A stretch of 64,000 bases of DNA, taken from NCBI GenBank assembly GCA_965372795.1, contig CBDVDR010000014.1, forward strand, positions 1 through 64,000, in the 5' to 3' direction. The stretch is from an uncultured bacterium (lineage in GTDB: Bacteria; Zixibacteria; MSB-5A5; GN15; FEB-12). The notes beneath the pieces were generated by a model. The model was given only the letters and a program-made list of their open reading frames with translations. It was not told the DNA's origin and ran no database searches. The translations under genes were made by a program, and so were the position numbers. Positions within the stretch are counted from its first letter, which is position 1; each line of letters opens with the position of its first letter. Below are positions 38,848 to 47,589 of the stretch, in pieces.

Positions 38848-41800
38848 TTATTCAAATGACGGTATTTGAAGTTCTTTCACTGCCGGTTCTACTTCTTCCG
38901 ATGTCATAGCTTTTTGATTAACTATACTGGCAGATCTAATTCGCAGACTGTTCAAAACTAAAAATGAAGCCGGTAAGATCAGTAGCAGAATAAAAGTACC
39001 AAACAACAATCCATAAGCGACCGAAACCGCCATCGGAATCAGAAATTGTGCCTGACGGCTTGTTTCCAAAATCAAAGGCGCTAAACCTAAAGCTGTTGTA
39101 AGAGTTGTCAAAAGAATTGGGCGCAATCGAGAGATTGCGGCATTATAAACGGCATCGTAAACTTTTTGACCGGCACGAAGATTCTTATTTATTCTATCAA
39201 CCAGAACTATACTATCATTAATAATGATTCCAGACAGTGCAATAATTCCAAACAGTGACAACATATTAATTTGTAATCCCTGAATGCCATGCCCCCATAT
39301 TGCTCCAAGCATTCCAATCGGAATAAGTGAGAAAATAATAAGAGACTGAGCATAGGATCTGAACACCAAAATAACTAAAATAAACATCCCCATCAAAGCC
39401 ATAGGAAATGCTGTTTTCATAGATTTTTGAATTTTAGCCTGATCCCGAGATTGACCTTCAAATTGAGCCGTAATTCCCTGAACTTGTCCAAGAACTCTGG
39501 GTAATACCTCTATTTCAATTTCTGCTAATATAGGCGGTAAATCATCTTCATGATTAGCCTGATTAGCTTCAACTTTTATTTCTCTTTTACGATTGAGATG
39601 GCTGATTGAGGTCAATCCCCGCTCAATCTTATAGGTCGCTAATTCAGAAAATGGGAATTCATTGCCGTTTAAGGTTCTAATTCTCATTTGATCAAGCTGC
39701 CCCAGTGTGCTTCGATCTTCATCAGAGTATCTAACCCAAACCCGAATTTCATCCCGACCTCTTTGAATTCTTTGGATCTCCTGACCATAGAAACCCTGTC
39801 GTACTTGCTGAGCAATATCATCCAAGGTCAGTCCAAGCGAATATGCTTTTGGTTTAAGTTCTATATTAATTTCACGTCTGCCCTTTTGATCAGTATCAGC
39901 AACATCTTTTAAAGTATTAAAATTCTTTAATTCTGCCAGAAGTAAATCTTTTGCTTTATTTAATTGCTCATAATCGTTGCCCAACAAACTAATTGAAACA
40001 GCTTTTCCAAAATGTCCTAAAACACCAAATGAGATTTTTTCAACTCCCATGATGTCACCAATTCGTGCACGGATTCGATTTCCGATAACATCACTATCCA
40101 TATCACGAATTTCACCTTCAATTAGCTGTATCAATAAATTTCCAGCATTGGACCCTTTATCCCCAAAAGCGTTACTTCCAATTTGCCGACTTATACCGGT
40201 TATAACATCTAACCCGTCTTCTCTTTCATTTTTTAATTCGTCATTGATTTCCCAACAAATGTTTTCAATTTTCTCAAGAATTTGATCGGTGTCTGCTTCT
40301 TGTCTTCCGGAAACCAAAGAAACATTGATCGGAATTATATCGCCGTCAATAAAAGGGAAAAATGTTAAGCCAATAACACCTCCTCCAATTAAACCGATGG
40401 TCATAAATACCAGTGCGATTGGTGTGACGAGAGTGATGAGTTTATGTTTAAGCGTCTTTTTTAATGCGGGCGCATAAATTTTGTAAGTTAAGTAATCAAT
40501 AGATTTTTCAATTTTCTTTCTGATATTTGAATCTTCTTTATGAGGTTTTAAGCCTTTAGAATGAGCCAAATGAGCCGGTAAAATAAAGAATGCTTCAAAT
40601 AGAGAAAAGAGCAGCGAAGCAATTACAACGACAGCAATTTGCCAGATAAATTTTCCAAGCATCCCATCCAAAAAGAAAAACGGTGTAAAAGCTATGACCG
40701 TTGTTAAAACAGAAGTTGCAACCGGCGTTATTACTTCCATTGTCCCATCAACGGCCGCCCTATACGCCGATTTACCCTTTTCAAAGTGGGCATATATATT
40801 TTCACCAACAACAATGGCATCATCCACTAAAATACCGACAACAATGATCATCCCAAAAAGAGATATAACATTTATCGTTAAGCCAACAAATGAAGCAATG
40901 ATAAACATACCGGCAAACGAAAATGGGATAGAAACTGCCACCCAGAATGAAAGGCGCAGATTCAGGAAAAATCCAAGAGTAATCATGATTAAAATTAAAC
41001 CTATTATTCCATTAAAAATTAATAAGTCAATTCTTTGACGAAGAGGAACTGTCCGATCATCAACAACCAAAGCAGTAACATTTTCATGAGTTTCATTAAA
41101 GGAAGCAACCGATTCATTAGTATAATCGGCAATACCAATAATATCCTCTCCTTCGGCTTGATCAATTCCTAAAATGAGAGCGGTATGGCTGTTGTAATAT
41201 TGTTTATCCGGTATATCCCGCCACTTCTCTTTTATTTCAGCAATATCACTTAGAGTTATAAAAGTTCCGTCAGAATTCGCCCTGACAGGGATATCTCTTA
41301 ATTCACGGGCGTGATAATCCCGTCCCCAGACCCTGATCAGAATTTCTTCAGTTTCCGTTTCAATTTTACCGCCGGAGATATTAACATTTGCTTTGCGTAC
41401 TGCACTGGCTATTTCATTAAAAGTAAGTTGATACCGACGCATATCCGCTTCTGAGACTTCAATGGAAAACTCCAGATCAGGCAACCCGGAAATTGCGACC
41501 TGAGAAATTAAGTCATTTGATAACAAATTATCGCGGAATTCCTCAGTTATATATTTTAAATTATACAGATCAGTCTTGCCGTAAATAACAACCGATAATG
41601 ATTTAGTTCGGAAAGTTTGTCCAAAGATAATCGGTTTTTCAGCATCCACCGGAAATGAATTAATTCGATCAATTGCATTTTTAACATCTGCAACAACCTC
41701 ATCAATATCGGATCCTTTTATAGTTTCGACTGTTACTGTCCCGATATGTTCCTGTGACAGCGAGGTGACTCGTTCAACGCCGGATAAACCCTCAAGGTTT

Positions 41801-42009
41801 TCCTCAATCTTTAAGACCACTCCCTCAGCAACCTCACTGGGTGATGCACCGGGATATGGAATTTGAATAATAATTATATCTGGTAAAATTTCCGGGAAAA
41901 AGGAATACCGCATCTGAGACATTGAAATAATTCCAAAAATAATAATGCTCAACATTATTACATTGGTCCAGATCGGGTATTTAATTAGATATTCAATAAC
42001 TTTACGCAT
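38848..42009 (-). CDS. RND efflux transporter permease subunit (AcrB/CusA family)
   Basis: YPGASP.EV, GILVDDAIVVGENI, GIIINDSIVLVD, RLRPILLTTLTT. Confidence 0.95.
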   Translation of the reverse strand: MRKVIEYLIKYPIWTNVIMLSIIIFGIISMSQMRYSFFPEILPDIIIIQIPYPGASPSEVAEGVVLKIEENLEGLSGVERVTSLSQEHIGTVTVETIKGSDIDEVVADVKNAIDRINSFPVDAEKPIIFGQTFRTKSLSVVIYGKTDLYNLKYITEEFRDNLLSNDLISQVAISGLPDLEFSIEVSEADMRRYQLTFNEIASAVRKANVNISGGKIETETEEILIRVWGRDYHARELRDIPVRANSDGTFITLSDIAEIKEKWRDIPDKQYYNSHTALILGIDQAEGEDIIGIADYTNESVASFNETHENVTALVVDDRTVPLRQRIDLLIFNGIIGLILIMITLGFFLNLRLSFWVAVSIPFSFAGMFIIASFVGLTINVISLFGMIIVVGILVDDAIVVGENIYAHFEKGKSAYRAAVDGTMEVITPVATSVLTTVIAFTPFFFLDGMLGKFIWQIAVVVIASLLFSLFEAFFILPAHLAHSKGLKPHKEDSNIRKKIEKSIDYLTYKIYAPALKKTLKHKLITLVTPIALVFMTIGLIGGGVIGLTFFPFIDGDIIPINVSLVSGRQEADTDQILEKIENICWEINDELKNEREDGLDVITGISRQIGSNAFGDKGSNAGNLLIQLIEGEIRDMDSDVIGNRIRARIGDIMGVEKISFGVLGHFGKAVSISLLGNDYEQLNKAKDLLLAELKNFNTLKDVADTDQKGRREINIELKPKAYSLGLTLDDIAQQVRQGFYGQEIQRIQRGRDEIRVWVRYSDEDRSTLGQLDQMRIRTLNGNEFPFSELATYKIERGLTSISHLNRKREIKVEANQANHEDDLPPILAEIEIEVLPRVLGQVQGITAQFEGQSRDQAKIQKSMKTAFPMALMGMFILVILVFRSYAQSLIIFSLIPIGMLGAIWGHGIQGLQINMLSLFGIIALSGIIINDSIVLVDRINKNLRAGQKVYDAVYNAAISRLRPILLTTLTTALGLAPLILETSRQAQFLIPMAVSVAYGLLFGTFILLLILPASFLVLNSLRIRSASIVNQKAMTSEEVEPAVKELQIPSFE

Positions 42010-42010
42010 T

Positions 42011-43171
42011 CTAAATGCCTCGTTCCAAAGAAGTTTCCATTACCGGTTTGGCAGGCATTCCCGGGGCAACACCCTGTAAGATTTCGACTACCAGAGTATC
42101 ACCATCGGATAAACCGTTGGTTACTATCACAGATTTATCTTCTTCTCTTAGAATATTAACTTTTTTGTATTCAAGTTTTCCATCAACTATTATATATACG
42201 AACGATTTATCATAAATGGCACGACGTGGAACCGAATAGGCATTTTCGATATGTACACCGGGAATTTTCCCTTCCAAAAATAATCCGTTTATTAAACTAC
42301 TTTGTAAATCGTTTTCGATTCCGACATAAACAGGAATTGTCTGAGTTCTTTCATCTATACTGCTGCCGATTCTTCTGATGGTTCCTTCCCATTTGCCAGC
42401 AGATTCATTGCTGGTAAAATTAACCGGTCTATTGTAATCAATCCATTGGACATCTTCTGCCGGAATTGAAATTTCGACTTCAAAATCTTCAAGATTGATA
42501 ATTTTTCCTAATAAAGAATTAACACCGGTATTTGTGGCTACGCGCTTACTGGTCGCAACAATTGTTCCATTAAAAGGAGCATAGAGATAATATTTTTCGA
42601 GTTTAATTTCTAATTCTTTAATACTGAAATACAATTTATAAATATTGAATCGAGCTAAATATAACTTTACTTTGTTCGATGAAACTTCAGGAAGCGACTT
42701 TAATTGCTGATCAAAATTGCAATTTTTGAAGTACTTATTCCACAATTTAGACTCATCAGGAAATTCACTTTTAATTTCCGGCAGAAACTGGCCAAGGGCT
42801 GTAAGAAGTTCACTAATTTTACTATTGATAGTCAATTTGGTTTGCCGATCATCAATCATGATTAACAGATCACCTTTATTAAATGACTGTCCCGGCAAAA
42901 AATTAACATTGCCCTTTCTTAAAGTCCCGCTAACTTCGCTAATGAGATCTACGGGTTGAGTCGATCTGATTTTACCAAACCCACTAATTTTAGTTTCAAT
43001 TGATTCAAATTTAACTATTTCAGAAGAAACAATTTTGGGGCGAATTTGTTGAGTGCGATGTCCGGAATCCTCTCGAAAATTAAGTAACATTTTCATGGCG
43101 ATAAAGCCAATTATTAAAATACCAATCGGTAATAAAAATTTAGTCGCTCGTTTCATCAATATCCCTTTCAA
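42011..43171 (-). CDS. RND periplasmic adaptor (membrane fusion protein)
   Basis: N-terminal anchor, SEVSG, APFNG, IDERTQT, GLSDGD; 1 bp from the permease gene. Confidence 0.92.
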   Translation of the reverse strand: MKGILMKRATKFLLPIGILIIGFIAMKMLLNFREDSGHRTQQIRPKIVSSEIVKFESIETKISGFGKIRSTQPVDLISEVSGTLRKGNVNFLPGQSFNKGDLLIMIDDRQTKLTINSKISELLTALGQFLPEIKSEFPDESKLWNKYFKNCNFDQQLKSLPEVSSNKVKLYLARFNIYKLYFSIKELEIKLEKYYLYAPFNGTIVATSKRVATNTGVNSLLGKIINLEDFEVEISIPAEDVQWIDYNRPVNFTSNESAGKWEGTIRRIGSSIDERTQTIPVYVGIENDLQSSLINGLFLEGKIPGVHIENAYSVPRRAIYDKSFVYIIVDGKLEYKKVNILREEDKSVIVTNGLSDGDTLVVEILQGVAPGMPAKPVMETSLERGI

Positions 43172-43297
43172 TCAATTTTCAACCACAGTTCAGAAAATCA
43201 AAATAACAAATATTCCATAGAAAGACACTACAAAAGCTTTTTAGATTAATTATTTCAATATTAAACTTTAATCTTCTTCGATTGTTCCACTAAAGTT

Positions 43298-43462
43298 ATG
43301 ATAATCTTATCGTTAGTAGTTGATAAAGTCATTTCTACCGGTAGAGCCGCTATTTGGAGTTGTGGTGAAGATAACTATGGCTCAATTATCATAGCTCAAA
43401 AACTCGGTTTTGAAGAACATAAAAAATTACACTATCTCATACCGACTAATCACAAATCATGA
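43298..43462 (+). pseudogene. C-terminal relic of a GNAT acetyltransferase
   Basis: 54-codon frame MIILSLVVDKVISTGRAAIWSCGEDNYGSIIIAQKLGFEE matches the GNAT C-terminal W..N.xS...xKLGF pattern; no acetyl-CoA motif A upstream. Confidence 0.6.
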
Positions 43463-43480
43463 ATTAAATATTAATTGTAT

Positions 43481-43511
43481 AAAAAAACCGGAGGGAAAAT
43501 CCTCCGGCTTT
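43481..43511. terminator. Intrinsic terminator after the M56 gene (possibly bidirectional)
   Basis: A7-CCGGAGG-GAAAAT-CCTCCGG-CTTT. Confidence 0.85.
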
Positions 43512-43516
43512 AAAAA

Positions 43517-46500
43517 TTAGTACGAGCTTCCTTTATCGCGTCTTTTATGCAATTTATAATAAAGCTGCTGTTGTTCGTATTCAGAAGTCATTTCATCTAC
43601 AATATCTAAATAAACTTCTTCAAGTTTTTCTTTGTCACGACAATATGACGCAATCTCTTTCAATAATTGACTTTTTTCATAATCAGATGAAATAGCCTCG
43701 ATAGCATTCATAATGCTTAAAGCCAGTTCATCATCAAGTTCATTGTAGTTAATAATTTCATTCAAAGCGCGAGATTTTTCATAATCTGAATGAAGCTCGT
43801 TAATAATTCTTAAATAGGCATCCCGTACCTGCTTATTTTCTCGGGTACAATCAGAATGTTCTAATAGAGTTTGTACAATTTCATAATCGGATGACATATT
43901 TTCGAGCATGCTCATCATTTCGACAATCAGAGCAGCATCTTCATTACAATCATATCTTTGAGAAGTAAGCACTCTTTTCATCTCATAATCACTGTCTAAA
44001 GTAGCACAAGCCTCAAGGACTGCTTTTTTTAGGGCTGGATCATTGCGAGAGGCATCATAGAGTTCTATAAGTAATTCCGCTTTTTCGTAATCTGAAGACA
44101 TCCCCATAGTCAGATAAATCATTTCATCAATAGTTTCCGGAGAAATGTTCCTATGGCTTAGAAGTTCGAATATGACTCTTTTCTTTTCATAGTCCGAATC
44201 TATTCCCTCAATTGCCTGTACTAACAGTTTCTGAGATTCAGCATCTTTCAAATCCGTTGATGCCATATCAATCAGTAATTCGCTTCTATCATAATCAGAA
44301 TCCAAATCCTCAGCCATTTCTAAAATAGCTTTTAAAACCTGGTTGTTAACATTTCTAAATTCAATCGCCGATAAGGCTTGTCGCATCGAATAATCAGATT
44401 CTATTGTTCCAACCATATCAACATAGTCAACCAGGTATTCCTCTTTAAGATCGGTATAATCCGCAAAGCTAATCAAAAATTCGCTTTTGGAATAATCAGA
44501 ATCAATTTCTCGACTGGCTGCTCTGATTATGTCTCCAAATTCTTCATCAGACAAAGCTCTCAAAGACATTAACTCTTGATAATACAAGCTTTTTACATGG
44601 TTATTATCAATTTTAGTAATTTCTTTAAGTACTCCATCAACCCCGTCTTCACTATAATATTTTTGAACCCTCTTATCGACATTAACGCCGGTGTTTCTTA
44701 CAAGCCTTCCAATAATCTCAGCCAGCCATTCTTGCCCTGCTTGATCAAAGTCCTGAATTTTATTTTTGATTGAATATTCATATTGAAGCTCACCATTTTT
44801 ATCCGGTTCAATTTCAAGAACTGTCAATAGTTTTCCTCTACGCTGTCTGATAGAAATATACCCTCTTTTTGATATACTTTCTATTCCAGTCTCATCTTCA
44901 TTAAACTCAATATCTCCATCCATTATGATGCTGGTTTTATCATCATCATCAACCCATGAGACGGTTGTTTCTCCCTTATGCCCGGTTATAATACTAAGTC
45001 CGCTTTTTAGATAATCAAAAAATCCATTTTTGCCCGAGGAAGATGAATAAGAATATCTCAAGTGATCATCGTCATCATAAAAATAGGTCTCATTCGGTGA
45101 AGGAGCATCTGAATCTATAACGCCATCATACACAATCATCGGCATTGATGAATGTGGGGTTCTACTATTGCGTTTTGCTTTCTTTAAAGCCTTTTGGCTC
45201 TCTTCTCCCAGTTCCTGGAATATTGCCCGCATCCACTCTTTAGCATCGTCATCAAAGGTTTGCAGGCTTCCATCAACATAGTAATCATAATCAAGATTGC
45301 CACGTCGGTTTAGTTCTATGTCGAGTTCCTTATTTGGTTCACTGCGCTTATCCCTTATTGTAACATATCCATTTTGAGATAATCTTTTAATGTCTGAAAA
45401 ATCATCGGTAAACTTTACTTTGCCACCGAGGGTAAGGCGAACTTTTTTATCATCACTTTTAACCACAACTGATGAATTGCTTGAGCTTGTCGCTAAAGTT
45501 GACCAATAAGTTCCTTGAGCAGAGCCATAGGCATAATTACTTCTTGGAGCTGACTTAGATCCTGATTCATTTGTAAACACATATCGCTGATTTAAGGCTC
45601 CTTCAGATATATTGTTAAATGATACGTATTGACCTATCGCTGGTAATTCCGGCAAATCCGGAATCGGTGGGACATCAGGAATCGAAGGCAGTGTGCCAAT
45701 TGATCTCATTGCAGGAATTGAAGGTACGGTTGGTACGGTTGGCAATTTCCTATATTCTGTTAATCTTAAATTTGATATTCTATTTCTTTCTAAATTTTTG
45801 GATCCCTCTACCTCGGTCTCACCGAAGCTTGCCTGAACATCCCGATATGACATATCTGGAAACGGTAATGATGTTGCCGGTACAAACTCTATTGTTACCA
45901 TCAGAAAAACTGTGGCAATCAAAAATGCCCCGGCTATCCATCGCAAGGAAACTTTTTGAGTACGATTTCTTTTTTTCATGAGAATCCTCTCAAACCTCTT
46001 AAATATTTGTTTTCTTCCTGTGAGTGCTCCCGGAAGTAACAAGGTTCCGGTACCCGTTGATAACTGTGACAGGCGGGTTAAACACTGAGCATATCCGGAT
46101 GGATCTCCGGTTTTAGAAATGACAATATCATCACATGCGATTTCACGTTCGAAATCAAGCTGCTTACCGATCCAATGCACGATAGGATTAAAAAATAAAA
46201 CAGCTTCCAATAATTTCTGCCCAAGCTTTGCCCAATCGTCCCATCTTTGAATATGAGCCAGCTCATGACTAATAATTATTTTAAGATCATCATCAGTCAT
46301 TTTATTAATTAAATCAGTTGGGATTAATACTATCGGATTACCCAAACCGGCAGCCATTGGATAATCAATATCATCAGACAGCATTATTTTTATACTTCTG
46401 TTAGGGAGTTGTTCATTTAGGAGCAAGCGAAACCCTTGAATTTCATCAAGATCAAATAAAGTCGAGTTAGCTTTAATTTCTGTCATCTTACGATAAGCCA

Positions 46501-47050
46501 AAATAATGCGAATCAATAAAGCCGTAAAGACAATAAACCAAACAAGAAAAATTCCGAATGGGAGCATACCTAAAAGTATAGATTTTGCCGGTTTATTATA
46601 TTGAATGTCATTAAGCAATAATGAAGGATTTGTCGACCCAACAAATTGTGCATTATCACTTAAGAGAGTACGGTCTGGTGCCTCACGATTAAAGTTCAAA
46701 TTCTGGATTTTACTCTGATCAGCAGTATTGACTACAATAGGTTCACTTTGTTGAGCTACAAATTGGGAACTGTTATTAGTTCCCATTTTTTTAATTTGAT
46801 TAAAACTTATATCCGGAAGAGTCGGGAAATAATTTGATGATAACGGTAATATAATCGCTGCTGTTAAAACCACCCACCACACAACATATTTTGTAGCGGC
46901 ATTCACTTTCTGGCTTCGCTGCCAAAACAAAAATAGAACCAGACTCAATGTCATTGCTATAACAATGCTGTAAATTCCGAAGTATAATGATGAATGTGAG
47001 ATGCTATTGAAAAGATTAAATAGTGTTTCCATTTTATTTATCCTGCTCAA
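43517..47050 (-). CDS. M56 (BlaR1/MecR1-like) metallopeptidase sensor with Pro-rich linker, duplicated beta module and SDYE helical repeats
   Basis: N-terminal TMs, HELAHIQRWD, FFNP, REIACD; no penicillin-binding domain. Likely start ATG 47032. Confidence 0.92.
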   Translation of the reverse strand: MSRINKMETLFNLFNSISHSSLYFGIYSIVIAMTLSLVLFLFWQRSQKVNAATKYVVWWVVLTAAIILPLSSNYFPTLPDISFNQIKKMGTNNSSQFVAQQSEPIVVNTADQSKIQNLNFNREAPDRTLLSDNAQFVGSTNPSLLLNDIQYNKPAKSILLGMLPFGIFLVWFIVFTALLIRIILAYRKMTEIKANSTLFDLDEIQGFRLLLNEQLPNRSIKIMLSDDIDYPMAAGLGNPIVLIPTDLINKMTDDDLKIIISHELAHIQRWDDWAKLGQKLLEAVLFFNPIVHWIGKQLDFEREIACDDIVISKTGDPSGYAQCLTRLSQLSTGTGTLLLPGALTGRKQIFKRFERILMKKRNRTQKVSLRWIAGAFLIATVFLMVTIEFVPATSLPFPDMSYRDVQASFGETEVEGSKNLERNRISNLRLTEYRKLPTVPTVPSIPAMRSIGTLPSIPDVPPIPDLPELPAIGQYVSFNNISEGALNQRYVFTNESGSKSAPRSNYAYGSAQGTYWSTLATSSSNSSVVVKSDDKKVRLTLGGKVKFTDDFSDIKRLSQNGYVTIRDKRSEPNKELDIELNRRGNLDYDYYVDGSLQTFDDDAKEWMRAIFQELGEESQKALKKAKRNSRTPHSSMPMIVYDGVIDSDAPSPNETYFYDDDDHLRYSYSSSSGKNGFFDYLKSGLSIITGHKGETTVSWVDDDDKTSIIMDGDIEFNEDETGIESISKRGYISIRQRRGKLLTVLEIEPDKNGELQYEYSIKNKIQDFDQAGQEWLAEIIGRLVRNTGVNVDKRVQKYYSEDGVDGVLKEITKIDNNHVKSLYYQELMSLRALSDEEFGDIIRAASREIDSDYSKSEFLISFADYTDLKEEYLVDYVDMVGTIESDYSMRQALSAIEFRNVNNQVLKAILEMAEDLDSDYDRSELLIDMASTDLKDAESQKLLVQAIEGIDSDYEKKRVIFELLSHRNISPETIDEMIYLTMGMSSDYEKAELLIELYDASRNDPALKKAVLEACATLDSDYEMKRVLTSQRYDCNEDAALIVEMMSMLENMSSDYEIVQTLLEHSDCTRENKQVRDAYLRIINELHSDYEKSRALNEIINYNELDDELALSIMNAIEAISSDYEKSQLLKEIASYCRDKEKLEEVYLDIVDEMTSEYEQQQLYYKLHKRRDKGSSY

Positions 47051-47420
47051 AATCAGTTACCATCTGTTTCAGCCGTTCCAGTTCCTCTTTGCTCATTGAA
47101 TCATTTTTTAAAACACTCAATAATAAAAGCTCCGGAGAGTTATTAAAAAAATTCGAAACCATATGTTGTAATGCTTTCCCCTGCGCCTGGATTTGGCTGA
47201 CCACCGGAATATAAACATGAGCGCGACCTTTTTTGACTCTGCGGAGTTGACCTTTATCTTCAAGAATTCGCATAGTTGTTAAGACCGTGTTATATGCGGG
47301 TCGATCATTTTCCGGTAGAGCTTCAATAACGGCATTAACGGTTGCTTCTGTAAGTTTCCAAATTACCTTCATTAGCTTCAGTTCGGCTTCGGTTAAAGTT
47401 GGAGATTTTTTTCGTGGCAT
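47034..47420 (-). CDS. BlaI/MecI/CopY-family repressor
   Basis: LTEAELKLMKVIW, AYNTVLTTMRILEDKG, GRAHVYIP, FFNNS. Confidence 0.95.
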   Translation of the reverse strand: MPRKKSPTLTEAELKLMKVIWKLTEATVNAVIEALPENDRPAYNTVLTTMRILEDKGQLRRVKKGRAHVYIPVVSQIQAQGKALQHMVSNFFNNSPELLLLSVLKNDSMSKEELERLKQMVTDFEQDK

Positions 47421-47440
47421 ATATTTCCTCCTCGGCTAAC

Positions 47441-47508
47441 TCTTAATTTATTAGGACTTAAATATATATACGGGCAACTTTAAAAAAGGTTCAACTAATT
47501 AATTAGTT
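47441..47508 (-). promoter_or_regulatory. ECF-type promoter (TGAAC-N16-CGTA) flanked by two palindromic candidate BlaI operators
   Basis: Perfect palindrome AACTAATTAATTAGTT at 47493-47508, imperfect TCCTAATAAATTAAGA at 47441-47456, and the promoter motif at 47469-47493. Confidence 0.6.
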
Positions 47509-47589
47509 TTTTCGTTACTTGAAGATTAATTTATGTTATATTACTATATAGCAATAGCATAAGGCAGATATAAATTTTGTTAGGAAAAT

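Noticed and set aside
47520..47565. TTATGTTATA as a dif/Xer site (also near 62630)
   Set aside because: Only a partial XerD-arm resemblance in AT-rich DNA, with no XerC arm.
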